The notes beneath the pieces were generated by a model. The model made no database searches and was not told where the DNA came from. It was given only the letters and a program-made list of their open reading frames with translations. The position numbers and the translations under genes are program-made. This document shows, in pieces, positions 1 through 7,546 of a stretch of DNA of 15,774 nt. Source of the stretch: a bacterium (GTDB lineage Bacteria > Hinthialibacterota > Hinthialibacteria > Hinthialibacterales > Hinthialibacteraceae); contig CAXXSM010000005.1 of NCBI GenBank assembly GCA_963663405.2, forward strand, positions 1 to 15,774. The letters run 5' to 3'. Numbering within the stretch: the stretch's first letter is position 1; every line of letters begins with the position of its first letter.

Positions 1-475
1 CACAAGTATCAAAAGTTGGGTCAATATTACCAGCCTTTTGAGAAACAGTCCACATACCTTTTGGAGTAGTTGGAGAAGTTTGAGAATTAGTTAAACCATA
101 TATAAAGTTATTAATAACAATCATAGTTAAGTCAATATTTCTTCTACAACCATGAATAGTATGATTACCACCAATTGCTAGGGCATCTCCATCACCAGCT
201 ACACATACAACTAATTTATCTGGACGAGAAAGCTTGATACCTGTTGCATAAGCCACTGTTCTACCATGAGTTGTATGAACAGTATTGAAATCAACATAAG
301 AAGAAAATCTTCCTGAACAACCAATTCCAGATACAACACATACATCATCTTGACTCACACCCATTTTTTCAATTGCTCTAACGAATGCTTTAAGAATAAC
401 ACCATCACCACAACCCCAACACCATAGTGTTGGCATCTTTTCAAGTCTTAAATATTTATCATAATTAAATGCCAT
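1..475 (-). CDS. oorB: 2-oxoglutarate:ferredoxin oxidoreductase subunit beta (partial, runs off the window's left edge)
   Basis: Not in the ORF track; translated by hand from the ATG at 475: MAFNYDKYLRLEKMPTLWCWGCGDGVILKAFVRAIEK...SGIGCSGRFSSY...HTTHGR...GDGDALAIGGNHTIH...NNFIYGLTNSQTSPTTP. It has the WCxGCG motif and the GDGD...NN TPP-binding motif, and starts 1 nt after the alpha-subunit stop. The MAFNYDxYLR start resembles Campylobacterota OorB. Confidence 0.93.
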   Translation of the reverse strand, partial: MAFNYDKYLRLEKMPTLWCWGCGDGVILKAFVRAIEKMGVSQDDVCVVSGIGCSGRFSSYVDFNTVHTTHGRTVAYATGIKLSRPDKLVVCVAGDGDALAIGGNHTIHGCRRNIDLTMIVINNFIYGLTNSQTSPTTPKGMWTVSQKAGNIDPTFDTC

Positions 476-476
476 C

Positions 477-887
477 TTATAGCTCCTTTACTTTACTTAC
501 AATCTCATGTGGAGATATTGGTCTACCATTAACTTTAAATAAGCCATCAATATCTAATCTTGCAGCTGCACGCTGAACTTCAGAGTGATACTGACCAATG
601 TTAAGTTCTACAACTAAAACTTTTTCAATCTTATCAGTATGCTCTTTTATTTTTTCTGCTGGAGAAGGCCAGATAGTAATAGGTCTAAATAAACCAGCTT
701 TAATACCTTCTTTTCTTAAGTGTCTTATAGATTCTTTTGCAGCTAAAGAAACAGAACCATAAGCAACAATCATTACTTCAGCATCATCCATCATAAACTC
801 TTCATAAGATTCTACTTCATCTTTATGAAGCTCTACTTTATCTTCTAATCTCTGAATTAGTTTTCTACAAGTCTCAATTTCTTCAGT
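477..887 (-). pseudogene. oorA: C-terminal fragment (~136 aa) of 2-oxoglutarate:ferredoxin oxidoreductase subunit alpha; N-terminal two-thirds absent
   Basis: TEE...DDAEVMIVAYGSVSLAAKE...GLFRPITIWPSP...VLVVELNIGQY...KVNGRPISP is the typical OorA/KorA C-terminal domain, directly upstream of oorB. Similarity ends where GFPTE is expected. The truncation may be an assembly artefact rather than a real pseudogene. Confidence 0.85.
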
Positions 888-977
888 AGAGGAAAAAAGG
901 GGATCTAAAAGTTCTTTGTTTTTATGATGAGGGATCAGAATGCTTATATCAAAACTTGAAGTTGATCTGTCGTTCAT
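888..977 (-). other. N-terminal fragment (30 codons) of a probable family 2 glycosyltransferase, fused in-frame to the oorA fragment
   Basis: DISILIPHHKNKELLDPLFSS resembles the GT2 first strand and helix (xSIIIPxyNxxxxLxxcLxS). A GGAG ribosome-binding site lies 7 nt upstream of the ATG at 977. Confidence 0.6.
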
Positions 978-1200
978 ATTTCAGCTCCAAATTCAGGATT
1001 GGACTTACTATACAGCGTGTATAATTGGGGATCAATGAAAAACTAACATTACTAATGTGAATTGAATATATGAAAAATCTCTCAATTATTGGTTGCTATA
1101 ACACTCGCGCTGAGGTTTAATCAATCAATTACCCTTACAATTCAATAAATAACTCCAGAATCCATTCCATCTGTGATATTAAACACCCCGCCCATCCTAC

Positions 1201-1230
1201 TCGTCAAAAGGGCGTATCTCTGGTTATAAT
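1201..1230 (+). promoter_or_regulatory. Putative sigma70-type promoter for the phosphomutase-NUDIX pair
   Basis: TCGTCA (1201-1206), 18 nt spacer, then a perfect TATAAT (1225-1230), 52 nt upstream of the ATG at 1283. Confidence 0.45.
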
Positions 1231-1282
1231 AATGGACTTTAAGAAATAAACCCGGATTGAGAAGAAAGGAAAGAAAAAGATT

Positions 1283-3529
1283 ATGTCACATCCATTACTC
1301 GCTAAAGCGGAAAAGGGTGTCCATTCGTTTTTAGATCAAGTGGAAGCGGATATGAAAAAAGTCCATCCAGACGCTCTACCGCCCTCCGCTGTAGAGTACT
1401 TGGACAAAGCGCGCGCGAACGTCGTTAAGAACATAGGCGAATGGCTCGATGATCCGAATATCGCCAATTTTTCCAAAAACATTATTGAAGGAATCGAGGA
1501 CGCGATCAACGAAGAACGTTGGGCGGAATTGATTGACGCGCATCTCCAGGATATCACATTCGGCACGGCGGGAATCCGCGGCCGGATGGCGTTCGATCGA
1601 GATTCGATTCTAAAAATGAAACAGGATGGGATGGATGCCCGCATTCTAAAAGGTCCATCAACCATAAACGATAAAGTACTGTTACTCAAATCAACCGGCG
1701 TAGCGCATTTCGCAAAAGATCGGGGGATGAAGAAAATTGTCATTGGGTATGACAGCCGGATCGGCGGTCGACGATTTTCACGGTTAATTTCCCAATTATT
1801 CCTCTTCCATGGAATGACGGTTTATCTGTTTGATCAAGCCTGCCCGTATCCGGAACTAACTTTCGCCGTTCCCAATCTCCGGGCCGATATCGGGATTCTG
1901 ATTTCGGCCAGCCATAACGATTACCGGTATAACGGGTATAAATTATCCTGTGGCAACGGTTCTCAGTTCAGCCTGGAAGATCGTGATACGATTGTAACGG
2001 ATTACATTTCAAAAGCTACGACCGCTGATATCCGGCTTACGCCGTTATCGGATGCCGCGCCGGATCAACTCTGGTTTCTCGGTGGGGCGGAACCAGTAGA
2101 GGGGGTGGACTATTGTGGCCGGGAAGACCACCTGATCGATATGCACACACTTCATCTCAATCATATCAAATCATTCATTATCCAAACGGAACTACTCGAG
2201 AATCAAAAGAATTCTCAAACTCCCCTGCATGTCGGCTACTGCGCGTTTCATGGCTCCGGACGATTGGCGGTTCCCCGCTTGTTGAAAGAAGTCGGATTCA
2301 CGCGCATCAGCAAGATCATGCAGTTGGACGCGTTGGATGGCTTATTCCCCTGTTTTTGCAGCGATCCCGGCAAGGAACAACAGCCCGATCCAGGAGACTA
2401 TCGTGCGGCGGATATCGCGGTCAAAGCGTTCAAAGAAGAATATGGGGAAGAGAATTTTGATTCTCTGGACATTTTAATCGGCACTGATCCAGACGCTGAC
2501 CGTTGCGGCGTGATCGTTAAAGTGCCGGAAGATCAGCGCGAATTGTATAATGGAAGAGATTATCACTTACTTCCCGCGGACGACGCCTGGGCGTTGATTG
2601 TATGGTACCGGCTCCAACAGGAGATTGAGAAATACGGCGCGATACAACATCCAGAAACCAAATTCCATACACTTTCTCACACAACGAGTGACGCGTTGAC
2701 CAAACTCGCTCTCAAATATGGGGTAGGCGTTGTTAAAAGCTGGGTGGGATTCGCCATGCTCGCTCTTTGTGTCAATGAGGTTTGGAAAGGGAAAACGCTT
2801 CCCCCTCTGACTGAGGGAAGACCGGACCCGAACAATCCAGCCTGCCACCCCTTCCTCTATAATTGGTGGGAAATGAATAATGGCTCGAGAAGTGTCAATC
2901 TTGCGGCGATGGAACAGAGCAGCGGATTTTCCATCCTTGGAGGCCCTCCCCCTGATGACGTATCACTTGGCGTCAATGGGCATGTCCGCGATAAAGATGG
3001 GACTTTCGCGGGGCTTCTACTCGCTGAAATCGCCGCGTATGCGAAAGCGAATGGAACGACGCTCTATGAATTGATCGATGAAAAAATCTTTCTCGATCCC
3101 GATATTGGCCTCTTTATCAATTATTACGAACCCGCTCCAATGGATGGTGAATACGACGGGCATGAAGGATATATCACAAAACGGGAAGTGATTCACAGTG
3201 TGCTCAATTTGCAGAAACAATGCGAACGGGAGACGGTCGAAATCGGCGGTATGCCTGTTCATTCCACGGCGATCTACTGGACAGGAAAATACGACGCCGC
3301 CAACTTTGAAGGATTCCCAGATGAAGGAGTGCGGTTCTATTTTGATGAGGAAAAGTGGAATTATCTCACGTTCCGTCCCTCTGGTACATCCAACGCGTTG
3401 CGGTTTCATATCCAACTGCACACACCAGGTGTCACAAAAGAAACATTGATCGAACAGAAGCGTATATTAATGAAAAAAGCGCGAGAGGCTGTCGCTCATA
3501 TCCGGCGCCTCACCGGAGCCGTCGAATAA
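1283..3529 (+). CDS. Alpha-D-phosphohexomutase superfamily protein (phosphoglucomutase/phosphomannomutase-like), unusually long at 748 aa
   Basis: FGTAGIRG, GYDSR, catalytic-serine motif SASHN, metal-binding loop DPDADR, sugar loop EQSSG, RDKDG, and phosphate-binding RPSGT. Confidence 0.93.
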   Translation: MSHPLLAKAEKGVHSFLDQVEADMKKVHPDALPPSAVEYLDKARANVVKNIGEWLDDPNIANFSKNIIEGIEDAINEERWAELIDAHLQDITFGTAGIRGRMAFDRDSILKMKQDGMDARILKGPSTINDKVLLLKSTGVAHFAKDRGMKKIVIGYDSRIGGRRFSRLISQLFLFHGMTVYLFDQACPYPELTFAVPNLRADIGILISASHNDYRYNGYKLSCGNGSQFSLEDRDTIVTDYISKATTADIRLTPLSDAAPDQLWFLGGAEPVEGVDYCGREDHLIDMHTLHLNHIKSFIIQTELLENQKNSQTPLHVGYCAFHGSGRLAVPRLLKEVGFTRISKIMQLDALDGLFPCFCSDPGKEQQPDPGDYRAADIAVKAFKEEYGEENFDSLDILIGTDPDADRCGVIVKVPEDQRELYNGRDYHLLPADDAWALIVWYRLQQEIEKYGAIQHPETKFHTLSHTTSDALTKLALKYGVGVVKSWVGFAMLALCVNEVWKGKTLPPLTEGRPDPNNPACHPFLYNWWEMNNGSRSVNLAAMEQSSGFSILGGPPPDDVSLGVNGHVRDKDGTFAGLLLAEIAAYAKANGTTLYELIDEKIFLDPDIGLFINYYEPAPMDGEYDGHEGYITKREVIHSVLNLQKQCERETVEIGGMPVHSTAIYWTGKYDAANFEGFPDEGVRFYFDEEKWNYLTFRPSGTSNALRFHIQLHTPGVTKETLIEQKRILMKKAREAVAHIRRLTGAVE

Positions 3530-3548
3530 AGAATGGATAATTCCGCTT

Positions 3549-4100
3549 ATGGTCAATCCTTGGAAAAAAATAGAGAGTCATCCAGTCGATACGTATCCTG
3601 TGTTTAAATTGCGCTGTGATACATACATATCGCCAAGAAATGGGCGCCCATTAAACGCCTATGTCATCGAATCAAGAGATTGGGCGCTCACCATGCCGGT
3701 CACGCAAGACGGCGACATTGTTATGGTGCGTCAATACCGATTTGGAAGAGAAGGGATCTCTTTAGAGATACCTGGTGGTTTGATCGACCGGGAGGATCCA
3801 TCGATTTTGGAAGCCGCGCGCAGAGAAATGCGGGAAGAAACAGGATACGATTCGGATGATATGGTCTCGTTAGGGAAAATCTGTCCCAATCCGGCGGTCT
3901 TTAATAATACCTGCCATATGTTTTTAGCCCGCAACGCGGAATATCGATGTGAACAAAAACTTGATGAGGGCGAAGATATTGAAGTGACGTTGATCCCACT
4001 CTCAAAAATACCGGATCTAATCGCGAATGGAGATATCTATCATTCCATTGTATTAAACGCTTTTTATTTATATGACATCTATTTAAAGCGTCATGGATGA
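3549..4100 (+). CDS. NUDIX hydrolase, ADP-ribose pyrophosphatase-like
   Basis: VRQYRF..LEIPGG followed by the Nudix box GLIDREDPSILEAARREMREETG, a downstream PNP and LDEGEDIEV. It begins 19 nt after the mutase stop. Confidence 0.9.
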   Translation: MVNPWKKIESHPVDTYPVFKLRCDTYISPRNGRPLNAYVIESRDWALTMPVTQDGDIVMVRQYRFGREGISLEIPGGLIDREDPSILEAARREMREETGYDSDDMVSLGKICPNPAVFNNTCHMFLARNAEYRCEQKLDEGEDIEVTLIPLSKIPDLIANGDIYHSIVLNAFYLYDIYLKRHG

Positions 4101-4165
4101 GATCACAACTGCAAGTGATAATAAGCCGCGGTTGGATTTTTTTACGGGGGGATGCCCGCTCTCCA

Positions 4166-4855
4166 TTATGGGGTATCCAATCGAATTCCTAAAATCAAAT
4201 ACTTTTTCTGTCCAAGCGTCTGATTGACTCCCCGGTGATTAAGCCGGGACGTCGATAGAGTATTCTCTGTAACGATCCCTTGGGTATTGACCTGCACGGG
4301 GATTCCACCGAATACGTTCCATTTATCCCCTGTCAAAATAAACGCTGAACTTACCATCGGCAGGATAGGAGATTGCAGGCCCTCATTCTCTTTTTCTTGT
4401 ATACTGATGGTATTCGGGAGACTTTGATGCTGAATTTTGGTTTTCATATCCCGGCTGGACTGCGCTTGATATAATTCCGCCTTCAGTTTTAATCCCTTCC
4501 CATCTGGAACAGATCCTTTTGGAATCAAGCGAATATAATGATCGGGAAAAACCAACGCCGCCGCTTCTTCATTGGAAAACACACTCAAGCGAATCATGTT
4601 GGAATATTCGTATTGTGGATATCGGAACGACTTTGTCAAAACCTGCCGCATGTCCGATAATTCCCTAGGCACATTTCCATAAATACCCGTCGTTCCCGCA
4701 AAGATCACCCGGATCTGGATATAATACACTTTCTCAAAAGATGGAATGGATTCTGTACCCGCCGCAATCCGGTTTCCTTCTATGGGATTTTCCCCGGCGA
4801 AGACGGATGCGTTTAAAAGACTGAGTCCAACAAGCAATACAAACATTCTAGGCAT
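4166..4855 (-). CDS. Hypothetical exported protein
   Basis: 229-aa ORF with a GGAGG RBS and a signal-peptide-like N-terminus (MPRMFVLLVGLSLLNASVFA). It fills the space between two confident genes. No motif recognised with confidence. Confidence 0.75.
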   Translation of the reverse strand: MPRMFVLLVGLSLLNASVFAGENPIEGNRIAAGTESIPSFEKVYYIQIRVIFAGTTGIYGNVPRELSDMRQVLTKSFRYPQYEYSNMIRLSVFSNEEAAALVFPDHYIRLIPKGSVPDGKGLKLKAELYQAQSSRDMKTKIQHQSLPNTISIQEKENEGLQSPILPMVSSAFILTGDKWNVFGGIPVQVNTQGIVTENTLSTSRLNHRGVNQTLGQKKYLILGIRLDTP

Positions 4856-4947
4856 CGTGTCCCTCCAAGGTATATAGATATAGGAAACAGAATGACCAAT
4901 TTGGTTTTGAATTGACTCATGGCTGTGATGCCTTCATTAAAATTGTA

Positions 4948-6138
4948 CTACCATGAGGATTTGGATTCTTTGCTTAGCAGCAATTCTTTAAGTTGTTCCT
5001 GCCGCCATATGTTTTCCACCACAACCGCTTTCCCGTTCGATTTGTGATCTTGAAACAGCGAACTATAAGCGAACAAGACTTGTCCGCTATATCCCCGTTG
5101 GGAAACCAGAGCCATTTGACGGCGGACTTCACTTGTAGAGTTAAAATCGATATTCAATCCTACGCTGATTTGTTGCTTATATTTGGAATCGAACGCCTGA
5201 TCAAGCGATGTCAATGTTTCTTCAAGACCCGCTGTATCTCTTTTATAAGCCATTGGAATAATCCAATCTACAAGGCCCTCAGAAAGCCATTCACGAGGTT
5301 CCTGCCCGACTTCGGACGTGGCGCGATTGATTTCCGCCATGCAGGTGCTGGAAAGCCGCATTGTCGGAGACGCGTCAAGAATCGCTAAGCGGACCGCGCG
5401 GATCGTGGAGGAGACTTGATCACATTTGAACTTCATCCATTCCGGCATATCGTACTGGGGATATTTCTTATGGATCTTTCGAAAGGCGGCTACACTTACT
5501 TTATCGTACGAGAAATCCCGTATTGTCCGGCTCACTTCGTTATGCGCGGGATAGCGCACGTAGTCCATATGAATTTCATCGAGAGACGGATAATTCTTTG
5601 CCACTTCACCGAACAAGGAAGCCAAATACTGTCTTACACTCGGATTTCCAGGAGAGAGAAACGCATAAAACGATCGGGTCGGCTGGAGAAGAACACCTTT
5701 CTGATCAATGATGAACCACGAGCGGTGTTTCAACCAGATATGATTGGATTTCGCCGGGGGTGATTCCAATCCCCTCCAACCTGGAAAAAGGTTCATCCAC
5801 GCATGGAGTTCCATCCCCCGTTTGTGAGCTTCATCGATCGCTGTCTGGAGCGGATCCCATCCAGGATCCATTCCAATGTTTTGTGCGGAATCCCCTGTCA
5901 ATTCCCAGCCCCAAGGTTCGATTTTCGAGGGGTAAAATACGGTGGCGTTGCCCCGCACTTGAAAAATGACATTTTTTACGCCAATCGCTTGGCAATTTTC
6001 CATGATGCGGATCACATCGTCAGCGCTTTCATAATCCCAGCGAGTCACCCAAAGTGAACGATTTTGCCCGTGGCTCATTTCCGGAATAACAATGAATACT
6101 AAAAAGAATGAGACAATGAGGGAATGAAAGGATTTCAT
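4948..6138 (-). CDS. Glycosyl hydrolase-like 10 (GHL10/DUF187, YddW/DigH-related) secreted protein
   Basis: Signal peptide; RSLWVTRW, VIFQVRG...FYPSKIEPW, WDPLQTAIDEAHKRGMELHAWMN, LSPGNPSVR, IHMDYVRYP and PMAY motifs; AAGGAG RBS. Confidence 0.88.
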   Translation of the reverse strand: MKSFHSLIVSFFLVFIVIPEMSHGQNRSLWVTRWDYESADDVIRIMENCQAIGVKNVIFQVRGNATVFYPSKIEPWGWELTGDSAQNIGMDPGWDPLQTAIDEAHKRGMELHAWMNLFPGWRGLESPPAKSNHIWLKHRSWFIIDQKGVLLQPTRSFYAFLSPGNPSVRQYLASLFGEVAKNYPSLDEIHMDYVRYPAHNEVSRTIRDFSYDKVSVAAFRKIHKKYPQYDMPEWMKFKCDQVSSTIRAVRLAILDASPTMRLSSTCMAEINRATSEVGQEPREWLSEGLVDWIIPMAYKRDTAGLEETLTSLDQAFDSKYKQQISVGLNIDFNSTSEVRRQMALVSQRGYSGQVLFAYSSLFQDHKSNGKAVVVENIWRQEQLKELLLSKESKSSW

Positions 6139-6370
6139 TTATACTCCTTTCCTGTTATACGCGATAGTTTTTTTCAAAGCGAGAGAACCCCAGAAGAATA
6201 ATCCCGCCAAGAATGTTTTAATCGAGGTTTCCACCATTTCTTTTAAAGCAGATAAACGCGCTGAGAGATGAAATCGCAGATTTGCCTTAAAAGAATCTAT
6301 AAAGACTATCGCTCCTTTACACTTTCAAAAAGAGCGCAATCCCATAGTTTTCCATAAGGAAACAAAAAAC

Positions 6371-6399
6371 TTGTAATCCAAAGGGTATTGTATGATAAT
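6371..6399 (+). promoter_or_regulatory. Putative sigma70-type promoter upstream of the STAS gene
   Basis: TTGTAA, 17 nt spacer, GATAAT. A second extended -10-like TGATATGAT lies at 6467-6475. The AT-rich context makes chance matches likely. Confidence 0.3.
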
Positions 6400-6520
6400 A
6401 TGAAGTGAAATTCCACATATTTATATCATTCTTGAAAAAGAATTGAAGACGAACGAGACTATTAGATGATATGATAACTTTTGAAAGAGGGAAACTACAA
6501 TAAAATACTGAGGAAAGGGG

Positions 6521-6880
6521 GTGGATATCATTGGGGAAACTCTATTCGATATAAAAACCAGAGGAATGGTTACCACTGTGTCGATAGATGAATCGTTCGA
6601 CATCAATGATAAAGATGCGCTGAATCTCCGTTTGTCAGAATTGCTTGAAACGGGATCGATCTGGTTTCTTTTCGACTTGAGCAATATTCACTACATCCAA
6701 AGTTTTCTTTTAGGGATCATGGTTACAATAAACAATACAGCGGAAAAGAAGAATGGAGGTGTCCGGTTGATTCATCCATCCGGGCCGGTTCGGCATGTGT
6801 TAGACATGGCGCGGCTTACACATTTTATATCTGAAGAAGAGACTATCGAAGACGCCATAGAAGAAATATCCCGCAATTAA
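6521..6880 (+). CDS. STAS domain anti-sigma factor antagonist (RsbV/SpoIIAA family)
   Basis: 119 aa with FDLSNIHYIQSFLLG (cf. xDLSxVxYIDSSGLG), GGVRLIHPSGPVRHVLDMARL and C-terminal TIEDAI. GTG start preceded by GAGGAAAGGG. Confidence 0.85.
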   Translation: MDIIGETLFDIKTRGMVTTVSIDESFDINDKDALNLRLSELLETGSIWFLFDLSNIHYIQSFLLGIMVTINNTAEKKNGGVRLIHPSGPVRHVLDMARLTHFISEEETIEDAIEEISRN

Positions 6881-6891
6881 TAGTTCATCTT

Positions 6892-7521
6892 TTATTCATT
6901 TCTTTTATTGCGCCATTCAAGAATTTCAGATTGTGTAATGTCACCCTCACGTAAAACGCAAGGCGGTTGTATGGCGCAGTTAACGACCGTGGATGGCGCT
7001 CGCTTCGGTAAGACTCCTCCATCAATGATGAGATTCAATTCCTTCAATATAGGATTGGAAGGATCGAGAGACCAAACCACTGGTTCCCCGCTTCGGTTCA
7101 AACTTGTATTGGCGAGCAGTCCACTCCATTCCTGAAGTAAAATCTGTAGAAAATCATTCCCCGGAAACCTGACGCCGACAGTCCCCTGATAAGAACAAGG
7201 TGTTTCATCCATTACAGGAATTACAAGAGTCACAGGCCCTGGCCAGAAGTGAGAAGCTAGTAATTCTGCGCTAGGGCAGGGATGTTTAAGATATGGCGCG
7301 ATACAGTCCCACCCTGGCGAAAAAAGAGCAAACGGTTTATCCAAAGGCCTATTTTTAATCGCCGCCATCCGTTGTATGGCCCCTTCTTGATCCGCCGCGC
7401 AGACAAGCCCATACACTGTTTCGGTGGGCACGCAGAGAATCCCTCCCTTTCTGAGCGTTTTACAGCATGTTTTGATGATCTGATCGATAGGGTGATTTTT
7501 TAATGTAATAATAGTGACCAT
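6892..7521 (-). CDS. tsaC: L-threonylcarbamoyladenylate synthase (YrdC/TsaC domain, no Sua5 C-terminal domain)
   Basis: PTETVYGL, KNRPLDKP, FWPGPVTLV, TVGVRFP, TSLNRSG, PSTVV and LREG motifs. Confidence 0.92.
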   Translation of the reverse strand: MVTIITLKNHPIDQIIKTCCKTLRKGGILCVPTETVYGLVCAADQEGAIQRMAAIKNRPLDKPFALFSPGWDCIAPYLKHPCPSAELLASHFWPGPVTLVIPVMDETPCSYQGTVGVRFPGNDFLQILLQEWSGLLANTSLNRSGEPVVWSLDPSNPILKELNLIIDGGVLPKRAPSTVVNCAIQPPCVLREGDITQSEILEWRNKRNE

Positions 7522-7546
7522 AAGAAATTATAAATTACACATGGTA

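Noticed and set aside
477-977. The 166-aa ORF as an intact single gene
   Set aside because: It is far too short for OorA, and its first 30 residues resemble a different family. Treated as a chimera of two fragments.
860-1000. Mobile element or att site explaining the junction
   Set aside because: No transposase, integrase, tRNA, terminal inverted repeat or target-site duplication is visible.
1336-3934. Alternative-frame and antisense ORFs over the mutase and NUDIX genes
   Set aside because: They lie within or almost wholly within confident genes and have no recognisable motifs; shadow ORFs.
4101-4165. Terminator between the convergent NUDIX and hypothetical genes
   Set aside because: Only short, weak stems (ATCAC/GTGAT, CGGG/CCCG) and a T-run not clearly tied to a strong hairpin.
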